Origin: Spirochaetia bacterium
GTDB taxonomy: Bacteria > Spirochaetota > Spirochaetia > SZUA-6 > Bin103
Direction of reading: 5' to 3'
Length of the DNA stretch: 64,000 nucleotides
Assembly (NCBI GenBank): GCA_965203905.1
Contig: CBDBDQ010000005.1
Coordinates: 896,001-960,000, forward strand
Part shown: in pieces, positions 1 to 9,719 of the stretch
Numbering within the stretch: the first letter of the stretch is position 1
Layout of the letters: the number at the start of each line of letters is the position of its first letter
Notes under the pieces: model-generated
Database searches by the model: none
The model's input: only the letters and a program-made list of their open reading frames with translations
What the model was told of the DNA's origin: nothing
Translations under genes and position numbers: made by a program

Positions 1-341
1 GGAGGCAACTGATGGACAAGCCCTTCTGCAGTTGCCCCATCTGGAAACTCCATATTCGTCCACAAGGCCGCGATCATGCTTGCAAGGTGCGACTTGCCCG
101 AGCCGTAGAAGCCAGAAATCCACACGGCGGGGGCGGTGCTACCCCGGCCGACAGACCCTAGGAAAGCCTCGAGGATACGTGCCAGACCACTAGCGTACTC
201 GCCATCACAGACGAAAGTGGTGAGCTCTCCGCGAAGCGTCTCTAACGCTTCCCGGGTCGGTGGAAATGAAATCTTGGCAACGCCCTGATTGGCCAACCTG
301 TATTCGGCCGGATCAGTATAGAAGGTCTCACGATTAAGCAT
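1..341 (-). CDS. brxC: BREX system P-loop ATPase BrxC, 5' part (runs off window)
   Basis: Manual translation from ATG at 341 (not in ORF track): MLNRETFYTDPAEYRLANQGVAKI...ELTTFVCDGEY...AVWISGFYGSGKSHL, the BrxC-type Walker A; directly downstream of brxB-like gene. Confidence 0.88.
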   Translation of the reverse strand, partial: MLNRETFYTDPAEYRLANQGVAKISFPPTREALETLRGELTTFVCDGEYASGLARILEAFLGSVGRGSTAPAVWISGFYGSGKSHLASMIAALWTNMEFPDGATAEGLVHQLP

Positions 342-352
342 GTTGTCGTCCC

Positions 353-898
353 TCAAAATGCACTATTGGCCGGAATAGGAATGGCGTGATAGTTCCATCC
401 GTCTCGTGCATCGAGAAGACGGTAGACGCCAGCAGAATACTTGCCTGGGAACGCAACGAGCAGTCGTCCGGGAATGAAATCCGACACGCGACTGACCAAA
501 GTTGACACTCGCACGATTCCGAACAGCGACGCGCAGCCATCAATAGCAAGGACATCATTGGTCCTACAAGATTCTAGTGTATCCCTTAAGTCTTCTATTA
601 ATCCGACTTCTATTTCGGGAAGGAGACCTCTAAGCTCCGCTGGTTGCTCGACCAATGCGTCAAAGAATTCATGCCTTCCGATCCAGTCCCCGAACCACTT
701 CGACAGAGAAAGCTGCTTCCAGCCATGCCCGGCCTTGAGCGTCGCGTGCTCGAACTCCGCAAGACGGCCGGTGAAACGTCTTTGGAGCCACTTCTCGTAC
801 CAGACAATCCAGACGCGACCTACTGGCGGCGTGTCTGCCGCCCAGGGTAGCTCGACCTGCTTGCTATATGCGGCGAGGACCTCTTCAAATGTGTTCAA
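353..898 (-). CDS. brxB: BREX protein BrxB (DUF1788-like)
   Basis: About 180 aa ending GRLLVAFPGKY...YRLLDARDGWNYHAIPI, typical of BrxB; lies just before brxC; probable TTG start at 898. Confidence 0.75.
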   Translation of the reverse strand: MNTFEEVLAAYSKQVELPWAADTPPVGRVWIVWYEKWLQRRFTGRLAEFEHATLKAGHGWKQLSLSKWFGDWIGRHEFFDALVEQPAELRGLLPEIEVGLIEDLRDTLESCRTNDVLAIDGCASLFGIVRVSTLVSRVSDFIPGRLLVAFPGKYSAGVYRLLDARDGWNYHAIPIPANSAF

Positions 899-1727
899 GT
901 TCAGGCACCCCCAGAGCATTCGCCATCGGCTGGCGAACTGATACTTCAGTTACATCCCCGGCTGAGCGAACACGAACCAAACCAATGGTCTCCGCCCGTC
1001 GCAACGCGTCGAGCGCCCGTTCGGGTCCGAGGTCCATGGCTCCGATCCAGCCCGAGCTTAGAATCGCTGGTCCTCCGAAACCGGAGGCTGTCGCGACTAG
1101 CGCCGCAAGAGCGACCAACGCTGGTGTGGGCGTCACCCGCTGTCGCATTTTTTTTACGGCTCCGTTCAGATGTCCACTTTGAGTCCATGATGAAGCACAG
1201 TTCTGAGCAAGCGACCGCAGCATCTTCTCACTGAACCGTTCGGGGAATACGGCGACCAGTGCATCTTGAAGACTCGGATGTTGCAGACGTTGTCCCACTG
1301 CACCGGACATAATCGCAGGGGCGGTTTCTCTCAATAGTGGATCACGAGCCAAGGCGACGAGTAAAGCCTGTAAGCGCCGACTCTGTACGTCGATTGTCCA
1401 CATCTTTAAGAACGCTTTAGTCAAGGGAGGCTGATCTAGAAGCCCGTACAAATACGCCAGTTGTTTGAACGTCAGCCGTCTTGTGCTACTGGTCGCCTTG
1501 CCGATTGCGTTTTCATCGATCGCAGCCGTCCGGAATTCCTGAGGCGTTGTTGCTCCCGTACTAATCAAAGCTTCCAGCTCTCCAAACATCATGGTCTTGG
1601 ATTGATGAGTGCCGCCACCGGACAGCTTCATGCCGAACGCACAGAGCTTGTGGGCGTCGGCCCGCAGGCCCCACCAAAGTGATTCCCTTGGTTCGGCGAT
1701 TGTGTACGATTCTTTCTTTCTCTCCAT
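885..1727 (-). CDS. BrxA-like BREX protein
   Basis: First gene of the brxA-B-C arrangement, overlaps brxB; motifs GTHQSKTMM, ENAIGKATSSTRR, SLAQNCASSWTQSGHL. Confidence 0.6.
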   Translation of the reverse strand: MERKKESYTIAEPRESLWWGLRADAHKLCAFGMKLSGGGTHQSKTMMFGELEALISTGATTPQEFRTAAIDENAIGKATSSTRRLTFKQLAYLYGLLDQPPLTKAFLKMWTIDVQSRRLQALLVALARDPLLRETAPAIMSGAVGQRLQHPSLQDALVAVFPERFSEKMLRSLAQNCASSWTQSGHLNGAVKKMRQRVTPTPALVALAALVATASGFGGPAILSSGWIGAMDLGPERALDALRRAETIGLVRVRSAGDVTEVSVRQPMANALGVPELEHI

Positions 1728-2126
1728 ATCCAGTCTCGTTCAGAATCGGGAGAACTAAAAGAGTAGCTTCTCTCTCATGGCGACCGCTTATGGACGTTAG
1801 GTGAGTTGCCCACTGTCTACCCAAGAGTCCCAGAATGAGAATCCCGTGGTGGCGAACTGAACTAACCCGTCGAGTCTGGAGCTACGAGACTCACGGTCAG
1901 GTCCATGGCCTTGCGGTGCGATATCGGTCATCGCATCCTCAGCTTTTCTCTTGGAGTCACTGAGTCCGGCATCAGCTTGCACGGGTGTGATGCACTTTCC
2001 ATCGCCATTTGTCAACCTGCCGCAGGGGAAGGGGAAGGAAAAAGGATGAAAGAGAGGCCCAGCAGGGTCCTCGCAACAGAGCGATCGAGGGCCGGGTGGC
2101 GACCGTTACCGGGCAGCCTCTGCGGC

Positions 2127-3299
2127 CTAGTCGGCCGTCAGTGCGGCTGCGGCAGTGGTTATGCGCTCGATGATCCGGGCCACTTCATCGTCCGAGAAGT
2201 CGGGATGGGTTGTCAGGCACACGGTCCTGCCCAGAATCTCCAGCGACTGCTTGCACATCTCCGTCGAGTAGTTCATCCGGCAGCCCCGGTTCTGCTCCAG
2301 CGCGAACGGATTCACCGCCGCGTGGTGGGCGCCGCGGTGCTCCAGCACCGGGTCCCACTCGGTGTACACGTGACGCCCGGTCTTCAGCGCGACCCAGCCA
2401 CCGCTCTTCTCGGCCAGCGCATCGGCTGCCGCCGCGGTCGGCAGCAGGAAGGCGACGTGCGTGCCGCACTCCCACGCCGGGCTGTTGCCGGGACTCGGCG
2501 TCAGGCCGCAAGCCGCAGTCTCCGTGAGGATCCTGCTCTTCTGCGCCCGCATGGTGGCGATCATATCGTCGATCCGGTCGAGCTGGCAGTTCATGATCGC
2601 GCCTTCGATCTCCGATGCGCGCGCCCCGTTCGCCAGGTAGCCGGCGAAGCTCTCCTTGCGGCCGTCCCAGTAGAAGCGGCAGGGGTCGATCGCGCACTCG
2701 ATGCGCTCGGCGAAGGCGTCGTCGTCGGTTACCAACGCGCCCCCTTCGCCGCAGCTCATGTTCTTGTAGTGGTTGAAGCTGAAGGCGCCGATGTGGCCGA
2801 TCGAGCCGAGCATCCTGCCCTCGTAGGCACCCCCGACGCCCTGGCAGGCGTCCTCGATCACCAGCAGGTCGCGCTGGGCGGCGATCGCCATGATCGAGTC
2901 CATGTCGCAGGGCAGGCCCCACATGTGGACCGGGATCACCGCCCGGGTGCGCGGCCCGATGGCATCCCGCAAGGCGGCGGGGCTCATTCCGATGCTCTCG
3001 TCGATATCGACGATCACGGGGATCGCGCCGGCGGCGAGCACCGATCCGGGCGTGGCCATGTAGGTGCAGGCCGGGACGATCACCTCGTCGCCGGGGCCGA
3101 TGCCCGCCCCCATGAGCGCGGCGGTCAGCGCATTGCAGCCGCTCGCCGTCATCAGGCAGTGGCGTACGCCGAGTCGCTGTGCATAGCGCGTCTCGAAGAG
3201 CTTGCACTCCCCGGCCCCGGCCTCCAGGTAGCGGAACAGCCTCCTGGTCACGAAGACGCCGGCTATCCGATCCAGTTCTGGTTGCCCGATTCTATACAT
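2127..3299 (-). CDS. DegT/DnrJ/EryC1/StrS family PLP-dependent aminotransferase
   Basis: GIGPGDEVIVP, VIEDACQ, FSFNHYKNMSCGEGG (PLP lysine). Confidence 0.93.
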   Translation of the reverse strand: MYRIGQPELDRIAGVFVTRRLFRYLEAGAGECKLFETRYAQRLGVRHCLMTASGCNALTAALMGAGIGPGDEVIVPACTYMATPGSVLAAGAIPVIVDIDESIGMSPAALRDAIGPRTRAVIPVHMWGLPCDMDSIMAIAAQRDLLVIEDACQGVGGAYEGRMLGSIGHIGAFSFNHYKNMSCGEGGALVTDDDAFAERIECAIDPCRFYWDGRKESFAGYLANGARASEIEGAIMNCQLDRIDDMIATMRAQKSRILTETAACGLTPSPGNSPAWECGTHVAFLLPTAAAADALAEKSGGWVALKTGRHVYTEWDPVLEHRGAHHAAVNPFALEQNRGCRMNYSTEMCKQSLEILGRTVCLTTHPDFSDDEVARIIERITTAAAALTAD

Positions 3300-3619
3300 G
3301 AGGTGCGCTCACCCTCCTTGCTCCGCGCAATCAGTTGGAGACGACCACCGCACAACAGCAGGATCGGAACTCCTAGGCGATCTCGAAGGAACGCTACCCC
3401 AAATACGAGAATGACACCGTACGTGCCCCTTTCCCGACTGACTGGGACGGGTTCCTGGACCCATGTCATCCTGTGCACCACCGATCCAGCGACTGCTTCC
3501 ACACTATGCGCCGAACATGAACCCCTGCTGACAGCACGATACCCACTCTGCTTGCGCCCGAGGCTCCCTGCTGTCGGCACGCAAGACCCAAGTCTCGGTA
3601 GCCCAGTTGCCCTCGAAAA

Positions 3620-5047
3620 TCACGTACTGGCGTCATAAAATGCTCGGACACCATCGAGTAAGGCAAGGGCACGTTCCTTCCTTGTATCCTCATACTTCAA
3701 CTGCCGCACTAGATACGCGTAAGCCGACGCTGCGACCTCCCTCTTTCCTGCAGCTACACTCAGTGCCCACGCACGACACTCTCGAACGAACTGCGCGAAA
3801 GGGCATTCCTTCACATAGACCTCGACATCTCCCCATGCATGTGCGTCCTCCGTACTAGGCCATGCGTCAATCGATCCTGGGCCATCCGGATGAAACAGGA
3901 CACTGAGTTCAAGCGTGATCGGATCCATGCTCGCGGCGCCAGCCCCGACGTCGCTATAGTCAATAAGAGCTATACCGTTCCGAGAAACAAGTATGTTCTT
4001 TCCGTGAAGATCGCCATGGCCACACGCCCACCGCGCCTGAATTTGCCGACTCTCAAAGTCCCGAACCCACCGCAGATCGAAATCTCGTACGACACCACCG
4101 AGTGCTTGGTCGTCTACGACTCGGTGACGTAGGACCCCAATACTTTTCCTGGTCTCTGGCACACCGTTGTTCCACGGTAACGTGACAGACTTCAAACACC
4201 GAACGACAAATGCCGACCGTTCAGAATCACCTACGACATCGAACGCAGAGTCGTCGAACCCTTCCGCCAGTCCGAAAAATATGCCTGCCAACCTACAGGC
4301 ACCAAATTCCAAAGTCGCCAACTTTCTCGGAGTTGCCGCTGGACCCAAACGAGCGATATACTCGTCGTAACGGTCCCCCTCTCTTCTAATGTCAGCATGC
4401 GTCGAGAGCTTGGCAACGGCGTCGTGTACCTGCACTCCTTGTGTATCGGTGACTCGAAGCCTGATGATCCTGGCGCCTGATAGGCCGTTGTTCAGACCAG
4501 ACACGACACACCTTACCCCTTGAAATCTCCGAGCGAATATCCTGATTAGGCGATCCTCAGGTTCGCTAAGCTCAATCTCATTTCGCTCCAGTTCGACGTC
4601 TGACAGACCTTCGATTGCTCTTGCTATTGGCTCTACAAACTCGAGACATCGGTCGATCTCATACTTCTTCAGAAATAGTACGGTCCCGCTCTTTTTTCCC
4701 GCGCCCCAGATATCGATCTGTTGTACGTGTTTTAGGACCAAGTCAGAAAGAAATGCCTCAGCTGGTGAACCAGTAATTACGAATATCGGTGTACCAGGAG
4801 CAAGAACTCGAACCCGGTTGAAAACGGCGTGCCCATGTTCGGGATCTTCGTCGAGCGCGCCGTTGACGGTTGGGATCTTCAGATCCAGAATCACCAGATC
4901 CGAAAACCCTTCTTGAAGCATATTGAAGGCTTCGTCGCGGCTGCCGGCTACGCGGATATCGCTGTTGCAAGACAAACTCGAAATAATCAGGCGCAGCTCG
5001 TCCACGAAGTCCGTGTCATCCTCAATGATAAGTATATGAAGTATCAT
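3620..5047 (-). CDS. Response-regulator receiver domain fused to APH/protein-kinase-like phosphotransferase
   Basis: N-term ILIIEDD...LVILDLKIP...VITGS...FLKK (REC); C-term GLSGARI, AVAKL, HGDLHGKNILV, IDYSD; ATGA overlap with upstream gene. Confidence 0.8.
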   Translation of the reverse strand: MILHILIIEDDTDFVDELRLIISSLSCNSDIRVAGSRDEAFNMLQEGFSDLVILDLKIPTVNGALDEDPEHGHAVFNRVRVLAPGTPIFVITGSPAEAFLSDLVLKHVQQIDIWGAGKKSGTVLFLKKYEIDRCLEFVEPIARAIEGLSDVELERNEIELSEPEDRLIRIFARRFQGVRCVVSGLNNGLSGARIIRLRVTDTQGVQVHDAVAKLSTHADIRREGDRYDEYIARLGPAATPRKLATLEFGACRLAGIFFGLAEGFDDSAFDVVGDSERSAFVVRCLKSVTLPWNNGVPETRKSIGVLRHRVVDDQALGGVVRDFDLRWVRDFESRQIQARWACGHGDLHGKNILVSRNGIALIDYSDVGAGAASMDPITLELSVLFHPDGPGSIDAWPSTEDAHAWGDVEVYVKECPFAQFVRECRAWALSVAAGKREVAASAYAYLVRQLKYEDTRKERALALLDGVRAFYDAST

Positions 5048-5928
5048 CTATCCCATCGAATCTCGAAGCGGGTACCGCCCTCCATGCCGGGTTGTAGAGT
5101 ACAGACACCGCCCAGAGTCTCGATAGCCTGTCGCGCAATCGTAAGGCCAAATCCTCTATGATCCTTCTTTGTAGTTCTACCGATACCGAATGCAGACTCG
5201 GCAGACCCAACCACACCTGGTCCGCGATCGAGAACCGAAATCCAGTAGTCGACATCGGTCTCGCCCCAAGTTATCACAATAGGATGTGGGGCTATCCGCT
5301 TAGAAGACAATACGGCTTCGACAGAGTTACGAATACCGTTACAAATTGCTAGCCGAATAAGCGCGGGATCGGAGACGATCGGCATCGGCTTTGTGCCGTA
5401 CAAAGAGACTTCGACTTGATGATCTCCGAGTTCGGCTTTCACGGTGTCGATAAGCAACTCGGCCAAGTCGAATTCTTCCGGTCTCGGAGCGGCGGAGGCG
5501 GACTTCAATTGCTCTATTGCCGCAAAAACGCGCTTCAGGTTCTCGACAAACCGCCTCGTCGTAGAGCTCTCGTAGTTCGGAACCTCTCGCTTGGCTGATG
5601 CTGCGATCAGACCAACGGGTGACGCGATTTCGTGGAGAACGAGCCCAGTGATCTCTTCAGTGACTTCACCTCGTATGTGTTTCGTTACATGTGACGGAAC
5701 ATCGTACTCGTCATCTGTGGCAACTGACTTGAGCGGTGCTGAATCGGATGCGCGGCGAATTGCGAACTTAAGAGCTCTACGCACGTATGAGACGGGCTCT
5801 ACGTGCAAAGCCTCGCGCAAGAAAACGAGATCTACAACGCTGGCGTGTCGAGCCAGATAACGAGCAGCAGTCAACCGCTCATGAGCAGCGTCGGAGTTAA
5901 GTGCTATCTGCGCGGTCTCTCGTGTCAT
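5044..5928 (-). CDS. Cytoplasmic histidine kinase with N-terminal HEAT-like helical domain
   Basis: H-box LHEIASPVG, N-box NGIRNSVEA, G1 DRGPG, G2 GFGL; N-term ERLTAARYLA...LREALHVEPVSYVRRAL is HEAT-like; no TM segment; ATGA overlaps on both sides. Confidence 0.82.
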   Translation of the reverse strand: MTRETAQIALNSDAAHERLTAARYLARHASVVDLVFLREALHVEPVSYVRRALKFAIRRASDSAPLKSVATDDEYDVPSHVTKHIRGEVTEEITGLVLHEIASPVGLIAASAKREVPNYESSTTRRFVENLKRVFAAIEQLKSASAAPRPEEFDLAELLIDTVKAELGDHQVEVSLYGTKPMPIVSDPALIRLAICNGIRNSVEAVLSSKRIAPHPIVITWGETDVDYWISVLDRGPGVVGSAESAFGIGRTTKKDHRGFGLTIARQAIETLGGVCTLQPGMEGGTRFEIRWDR

Positions 5929-7766
5929 TGTGGTCTGTTTTGGTTATAGAACTTTACCCTTCTTTCAAAGGCGTCGGCACCGCCCTCCATGACAGAAGTA
6001 ATTGCTTTGACTACCTGGGGATCTTCAAGCGGAGCCTCCAAGATGGAAAACCCGCGTCTACCGTCTGATCCGAGCTGTATGACCCGATCAGCGCTTCCCA
6101 GCACCGGGATATTCGCGTTATGGGTCGAAAAAATTAACTGACCCTGATTGCTTCGCCGGAGAACGGAGACTATAAGTGTGTCTGCGATAAACGCATTGTC
6201 GATATGATCCTCGGGCTGATCCACGATCACCACGCGGTCGGTATGCAAGAGCACCAGTGGGAGAACTACTGTACACCGTTGTCCAGTCGACAGCTCACCG
6301 AACCCCTTATAGCCGGCGCCATCGAGGAGCTGTAAAGCCACTGCATCCTCGACAGCGACGGTAGCTATCGTCCCCAAGTCCGCATCACGCAACTGCCCCA
6401 ACACGCGGGCCGCGCGCTCTCGTGTGATACCTGTCGTCTCGGCGATCAGGCCGAAGTCATTCGTATCCACCGCTTCTACCAGCTCCCGCGGACTGACGAT
6501 CGGTGCGACCACTAAAGAAAGTTCATTGTACCGTAGACCACTACCTCGCAGAGCTTCCGCTACCGCCGCAGCATAAGCTTCATACTGTCCTGCACGTAAG
6601 ACTTCAACTCGGACACTCGGACCAAGCGTCTCCGTGAGTCGCGCAGCAACACTGCTGCGAGTCCTAAATCGTTCTTCCCTAATGGACTCCAACCTATCTA
6701 ACGCCGCACTCCGCCGCTGAATAATTGAATCGAGCGCCATCTGACGATCCGCCAAAACGCCTTTGAGGGCTTCCAACTCGGCTCTTTGCTCGCGAAGCTG
6801 CTGGCCTCGACGCAGAATCACTCCGGTCCCGTCTTGTAGTGTGTCAATTGCCCTCCGTAATTGCCTAGCTCGTTCCTCAAGATCAATCTTGATGCTTGCC
6901 GAACCCTGTCGCGCCTTCTTTACCGAGGATTCCACGCTTTCTAGTTCAACAAGCACCCTATTCAGTTGATCTTTTGCGAGATCCACGCCCTGGCGAGATG
7001 ACTGAAGCGCATCCGGACCGGCTCCTCGCGGCCACGGATCGAATATAGGAACCGACGAAACAACCGCCGAAAGGGAAGCACGCCATTCAGTTACGGACCT
7101 AAGAAAACGATCAATCGCAGCAATTCTCACAGCAGCAGACGCGATTTTGTCAGAGATTGTGTCCAAGTGTCCCTTCTTTCCCTTTGTGTCCGCTTTGAAA
7201 TTGGCAAGTCTCTGTTCCTGCGGAACAAGATCAGCGATTTGTTTGTCCAGGGAAGGAATCTTCTCCAGCTGTGCCCGCATTCCATCGATCTCTCGTCGCA
7301 ATACCTTCGATTGAGTAGTAAGCGACCGCACTTCGGAAGCCGTTGCGGATTCTTGCACTCTCGTTTCGCGTTGGTCGCCACTGAACCCGTCGACAAGTCT
7401 GACCCTACCCTGAGCCTGCAGTCCTACGGCTTCGATTTCTGTCTGAGAAAAAATAATCGGATATGTATAGGGTCCCGTGGCGCGCTGCGAGTTATCGGCC
7501 GTGGTGCGTGTGACAAGAGTATCACGCTCACCATCGGTAAGCGTGATTGAAATCTGGCCACTCCCCAGCACTGAAATGGCGTGAGCGGTACTGCGCCTTG
7601 CCGACTCAGCAGTGTACCCTTGAACACCTAGACAGAAACGAATCAGCTCTATAAGGGACGTTTTGCCCGTCCCGCGCTCGCCAATTATAACGTTGAGTCC
7701 CTGAGCAAAGGAGATGTCCAGGCCGTCGAGGAATCCTTCCTCGACCTGTACGCGCTTAATCCGCAT
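5925..7766 (-). CDS. Coiled-coil (SMC-like) ABC ATPase, TrlF/Ppl-type ATPase module without a PHP domain
   Basis: Walker A GERGTGKT, Q-loop FSQTEIE, long coiled coil, signature LSTGQR, Walker B VIVDQPEDHID, H-loop STHNAN; AGGAG RBS before ATG 7766. Confidence 0.85.
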   Translation of the reverse strand: MRIKRVQVEEGFLDGLDISFAQGLNVIIGERGTGKTSLIELIRFCLGVQGYTAESARRSTAHAISVLGSGQISITLTDGERDTLVTRTTADNSQRATGPYTYPIIFSQTEIEAVGLQAQGRVRLVDGFSGDQRETRVQESATASEVRSLTTQSKVLRREIDGMRAQLEKIPSLDKQIADLVPQEQRLANFKADTKGKKGHLDTISDKIASAAVRIAAIDRFLRSVTEWRASLSAVVSSVPIFDPWPRGAGPDALQSSRQGVDLAKDQLNRVLVELESVESSVKKARQGSASIKIDLEERARQLRRAIDTLQDGTGVILRRGQQLREQRAELEALKGVLADRQMALDSIIQRRSAALDRLESIREERFRTRSSVAARLTETLGPSVRVEVLRAGQYEAYAAAVAEALRGSGLRYNELSLVVAPIVSPRELVEAVDTNDFGLIAETTGITRERAARVLGQLRDADLGTIATVAVEDAVALQLLDGAGYKGFGELSTGQRCTVVLPLVLLHTDRVVIVDQPEDHIDNAFIADTLIVSVLRRSNQGQLIFSTHNANIPVLGSADRVIQLGSDGRRGFSILEAPLEDPQVVKAITSVMEGGADAFERRVKFYNQNRPQ

Positions 7767-8459
7767 TGCGAGTTCTCCTATTGGAGTCTGAGAGCGTAGC
7801 GTACCCATCCCTTATTAACAATGGCGCCACACCGCCGGAATACAGTTGTTTATTGCAATGATACTCTCGTCGTAAACGAGCCCGGCATAGTGTGTCCGAC
7901 TGAATTGCACTCAAGGACCGCTCTCCCCCCACCGCGTCCATGGCGGGTTTAGCCTGCTGCTGATCGACCACGTCATGGGTGTAGTCTGAGCGTGAGCCAG
8001 CCAGCCAGAAAAAGGAGAGTCCCTTTGTCACCGGCCCCGAGGGCAGCGTTCCCTCCTTCACACTCTTTGGTTCGTCCTTGACAGTACGGAGGGCAGAGAT
8101 CTCGGGCTACCACAGCTGCACGTACGAAGGGTAGCATAGACTCGGACTCCTACTCCATCCTCTCGGCGCTGACACGGGGCTGAGTGAGCGTAGTGGAGTT
8201 GCGTCGCACTGTAAGGCCGGTGCACACGTCATGCTCGAAGACAGCGTAGCAATGTCCTGCGGCTAGTTCGACCGCACGAGCCGGTCCTTTCAGTGGTGCG
8301 GTCGGGAATCAAGCGCAGATGGACTTCCGCCGCTCTGAAGGAGCTTGGAGGGCGGCAAGTGCGCGTGTTGCGCTTGGTGGTGATCCAGCGCAGGGCACCT
8401 CATGCACGCCCGCGGTTGGACTGGCCAACCGGAGCCGACAAACAGATCGGCCGCAACGA

Positions 8460-9659
8460 TTACCTTTCCCTGGCGATCTCGCCCGCGGGGCTGGCGTCGA
8501 GGGCGTACACCTGGCGCGAGCCCTCGTGCACCGAGTCGAAGGCGATCCAGCGGTCGTGCCGGTCCCAGCGCGGGTGCAGGTCGCAGCGCACGTCGCCGCG
8601 GGCGTAGGGAGGAGAGTAGAAGCGCCCCAGCACGGTCAGCCGCCGCTGCCGCCGGTCCCAGATCTGCAGGGTCTGCAGCCGCTGTGCGTCGGGGTAGGTG
8701 TCCACCAGCAGCCAGGCGCCGGCGCGGGCGAAGTTGCAGTGGCCGTCGACGGTGACCGCCTCCGGCGCTATCACCTCGGACTCCCGCGTCTCGACGTTGA
8801 ACAGGTAGAAGTGCTCGCCCTCCCCCACCAGGTCGGTCCATACCAGGAGCCGCTCGGGATCGAGCCAGTCGTGGTGCGAGACGTGGTAGTACGGGGTGAG
8901 GCAAGCCAGCTCGCTGCCGTCCAGGTTGGCGACGAAGAAGGCCGACGTGCGCACCCCCTGGCGCGGTCCGGCGGCGGGGTTGTAGCAGGCGTGCCACGAC
9001 ACCCGCGTGTCGTCGGTGTTCACGGTGGTGTGGTTGAACCACATCGAGCGGTCGCGCAGGTCGGCGTCGGGATTCAGCTCGAAGGCCTGCGCGAAGGAAA
9101 CCAGCAGTTCGCTGGCGCCGGTCTCGAGGTCGAGCAGGAACAGGCCGTCGTCTTCCGGGTGCGGCACGTCGATGTTGGGGTCGTCCACGCCGGCGTAGCC
9201 GACCACCCGCCGGCACTGGCGCATGCGCGCGTAGTTGAGCGAGAACGCCTTGCGGCCGTCGTTGGTGAGTCCGGCGACCGGCCGCGACAGCACCCGCTTC
9301 TCCCCCGAGAACACGTCCATGACGACCGACACGAAGCGATCGCCGTCGCGGTCGTTGTAGATGATCTTGCGGTCCGGGGCGGTGGGCAGCCAGTGCAGCA
9401 TACTGCCCTGCTGCAGGTTCCAGGCCTTGGTCTCGGTCAGCGGGTGGAAGCGCCGGGTCTCCCACTCCACCATGCCGATCACGGCGGTATCCCGCGCCGT
9501 GGGAAACCGGTCGTCGAAGTCGCTCTCCAGCGCCAGCACGTACTTGCCGGTGCTGTCCCAGGTCTGGATGTCGTAGTACCCGAAGAAGTGATGCCTGGGT
9601 CCCCGGGTCAGGGCAATCACCTCGAAGCCGTACTCGTTCCTCATCTTCACCCTCTCCAT
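8460..9659 (-). CDS. Beta-propeller protein (TolB/oligogalacturonate lyase-like)
   Basis: HHFFGYYD, AWNLQQG, DGHCNF, DTYPD, RCDLHPRW motifs. Confidence 0.65.
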   Translation of the reverse strand: MERVKMRNEYGFEVIALTRGPRHHFFGYYDIQTWDSTGKYVLALESDFDDRFPTARDTAVIGMVEWETRRFHPLTETKAWNLQQGSMLHWLPTAPDRKIIYNDRDGDRFVSVVMDVFSGEKRVLSRPVAGLTNDGRKAFSLNYARMRQCRRVVGYAGVDDPNIDVPHPEDDGLFLLDLETGASELLVSFAQAFELNPDADLRDRSMWFNHTTVNTDDTRVSWHACYNPAAGPRQGVRTSAFFVANLDGSELACLTPYYHVSHHDWLDPERLLVWTDLVGEGEHFYLFNVETRESEVIAPEAVTVDGHCNFARAGAWLLVDTYPDAQRLQTLQIWDRRQRRLTVLGRFYSPPYARGDVRCDLHPRWDRHDRWIAFDSVHEGSRQVYALDASPAGEIARER

Positions 9660-9671
9660 TCACAGGCGGTG

Positions 9672-9719
9672 TCAGAGTTGTCCTCTGAGCTGTGTAGTAT
9701 CACTCACGATGCTGCGCAA
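9672..9719 (-). pseudogene. Remnant 5' end of a PIN-domain gene (MRSIVSDT..., 15 aa then stop)
   Basis: TTG CGC AGC ATC GTG AGT GAT ACT overlaps the stop of the XRE-ImmA gene; IVSDT resembles the first PIN strand. Confidence 0.4.

Noticed and set aside
1905-3638. Long antisense or alternative-frame ORFs (e.g. 1905-3638, 10863-12629, 12331-14301, 15995-17755, 26267-28189, 50532-52121, 61317-62786)
   Set aside because: Shadow ORFs of high-GC genes: they lie opposite well-supported CDSs and have no recognisable motifs
7756-8459. 101-aa ORF (7756-8061) or ncRNA upstream of the ATPase operon as a fourth component
   Set aside because: No motifs or convincing RBS, and no RT to suggest a retron; cannot be supported from sequence alone
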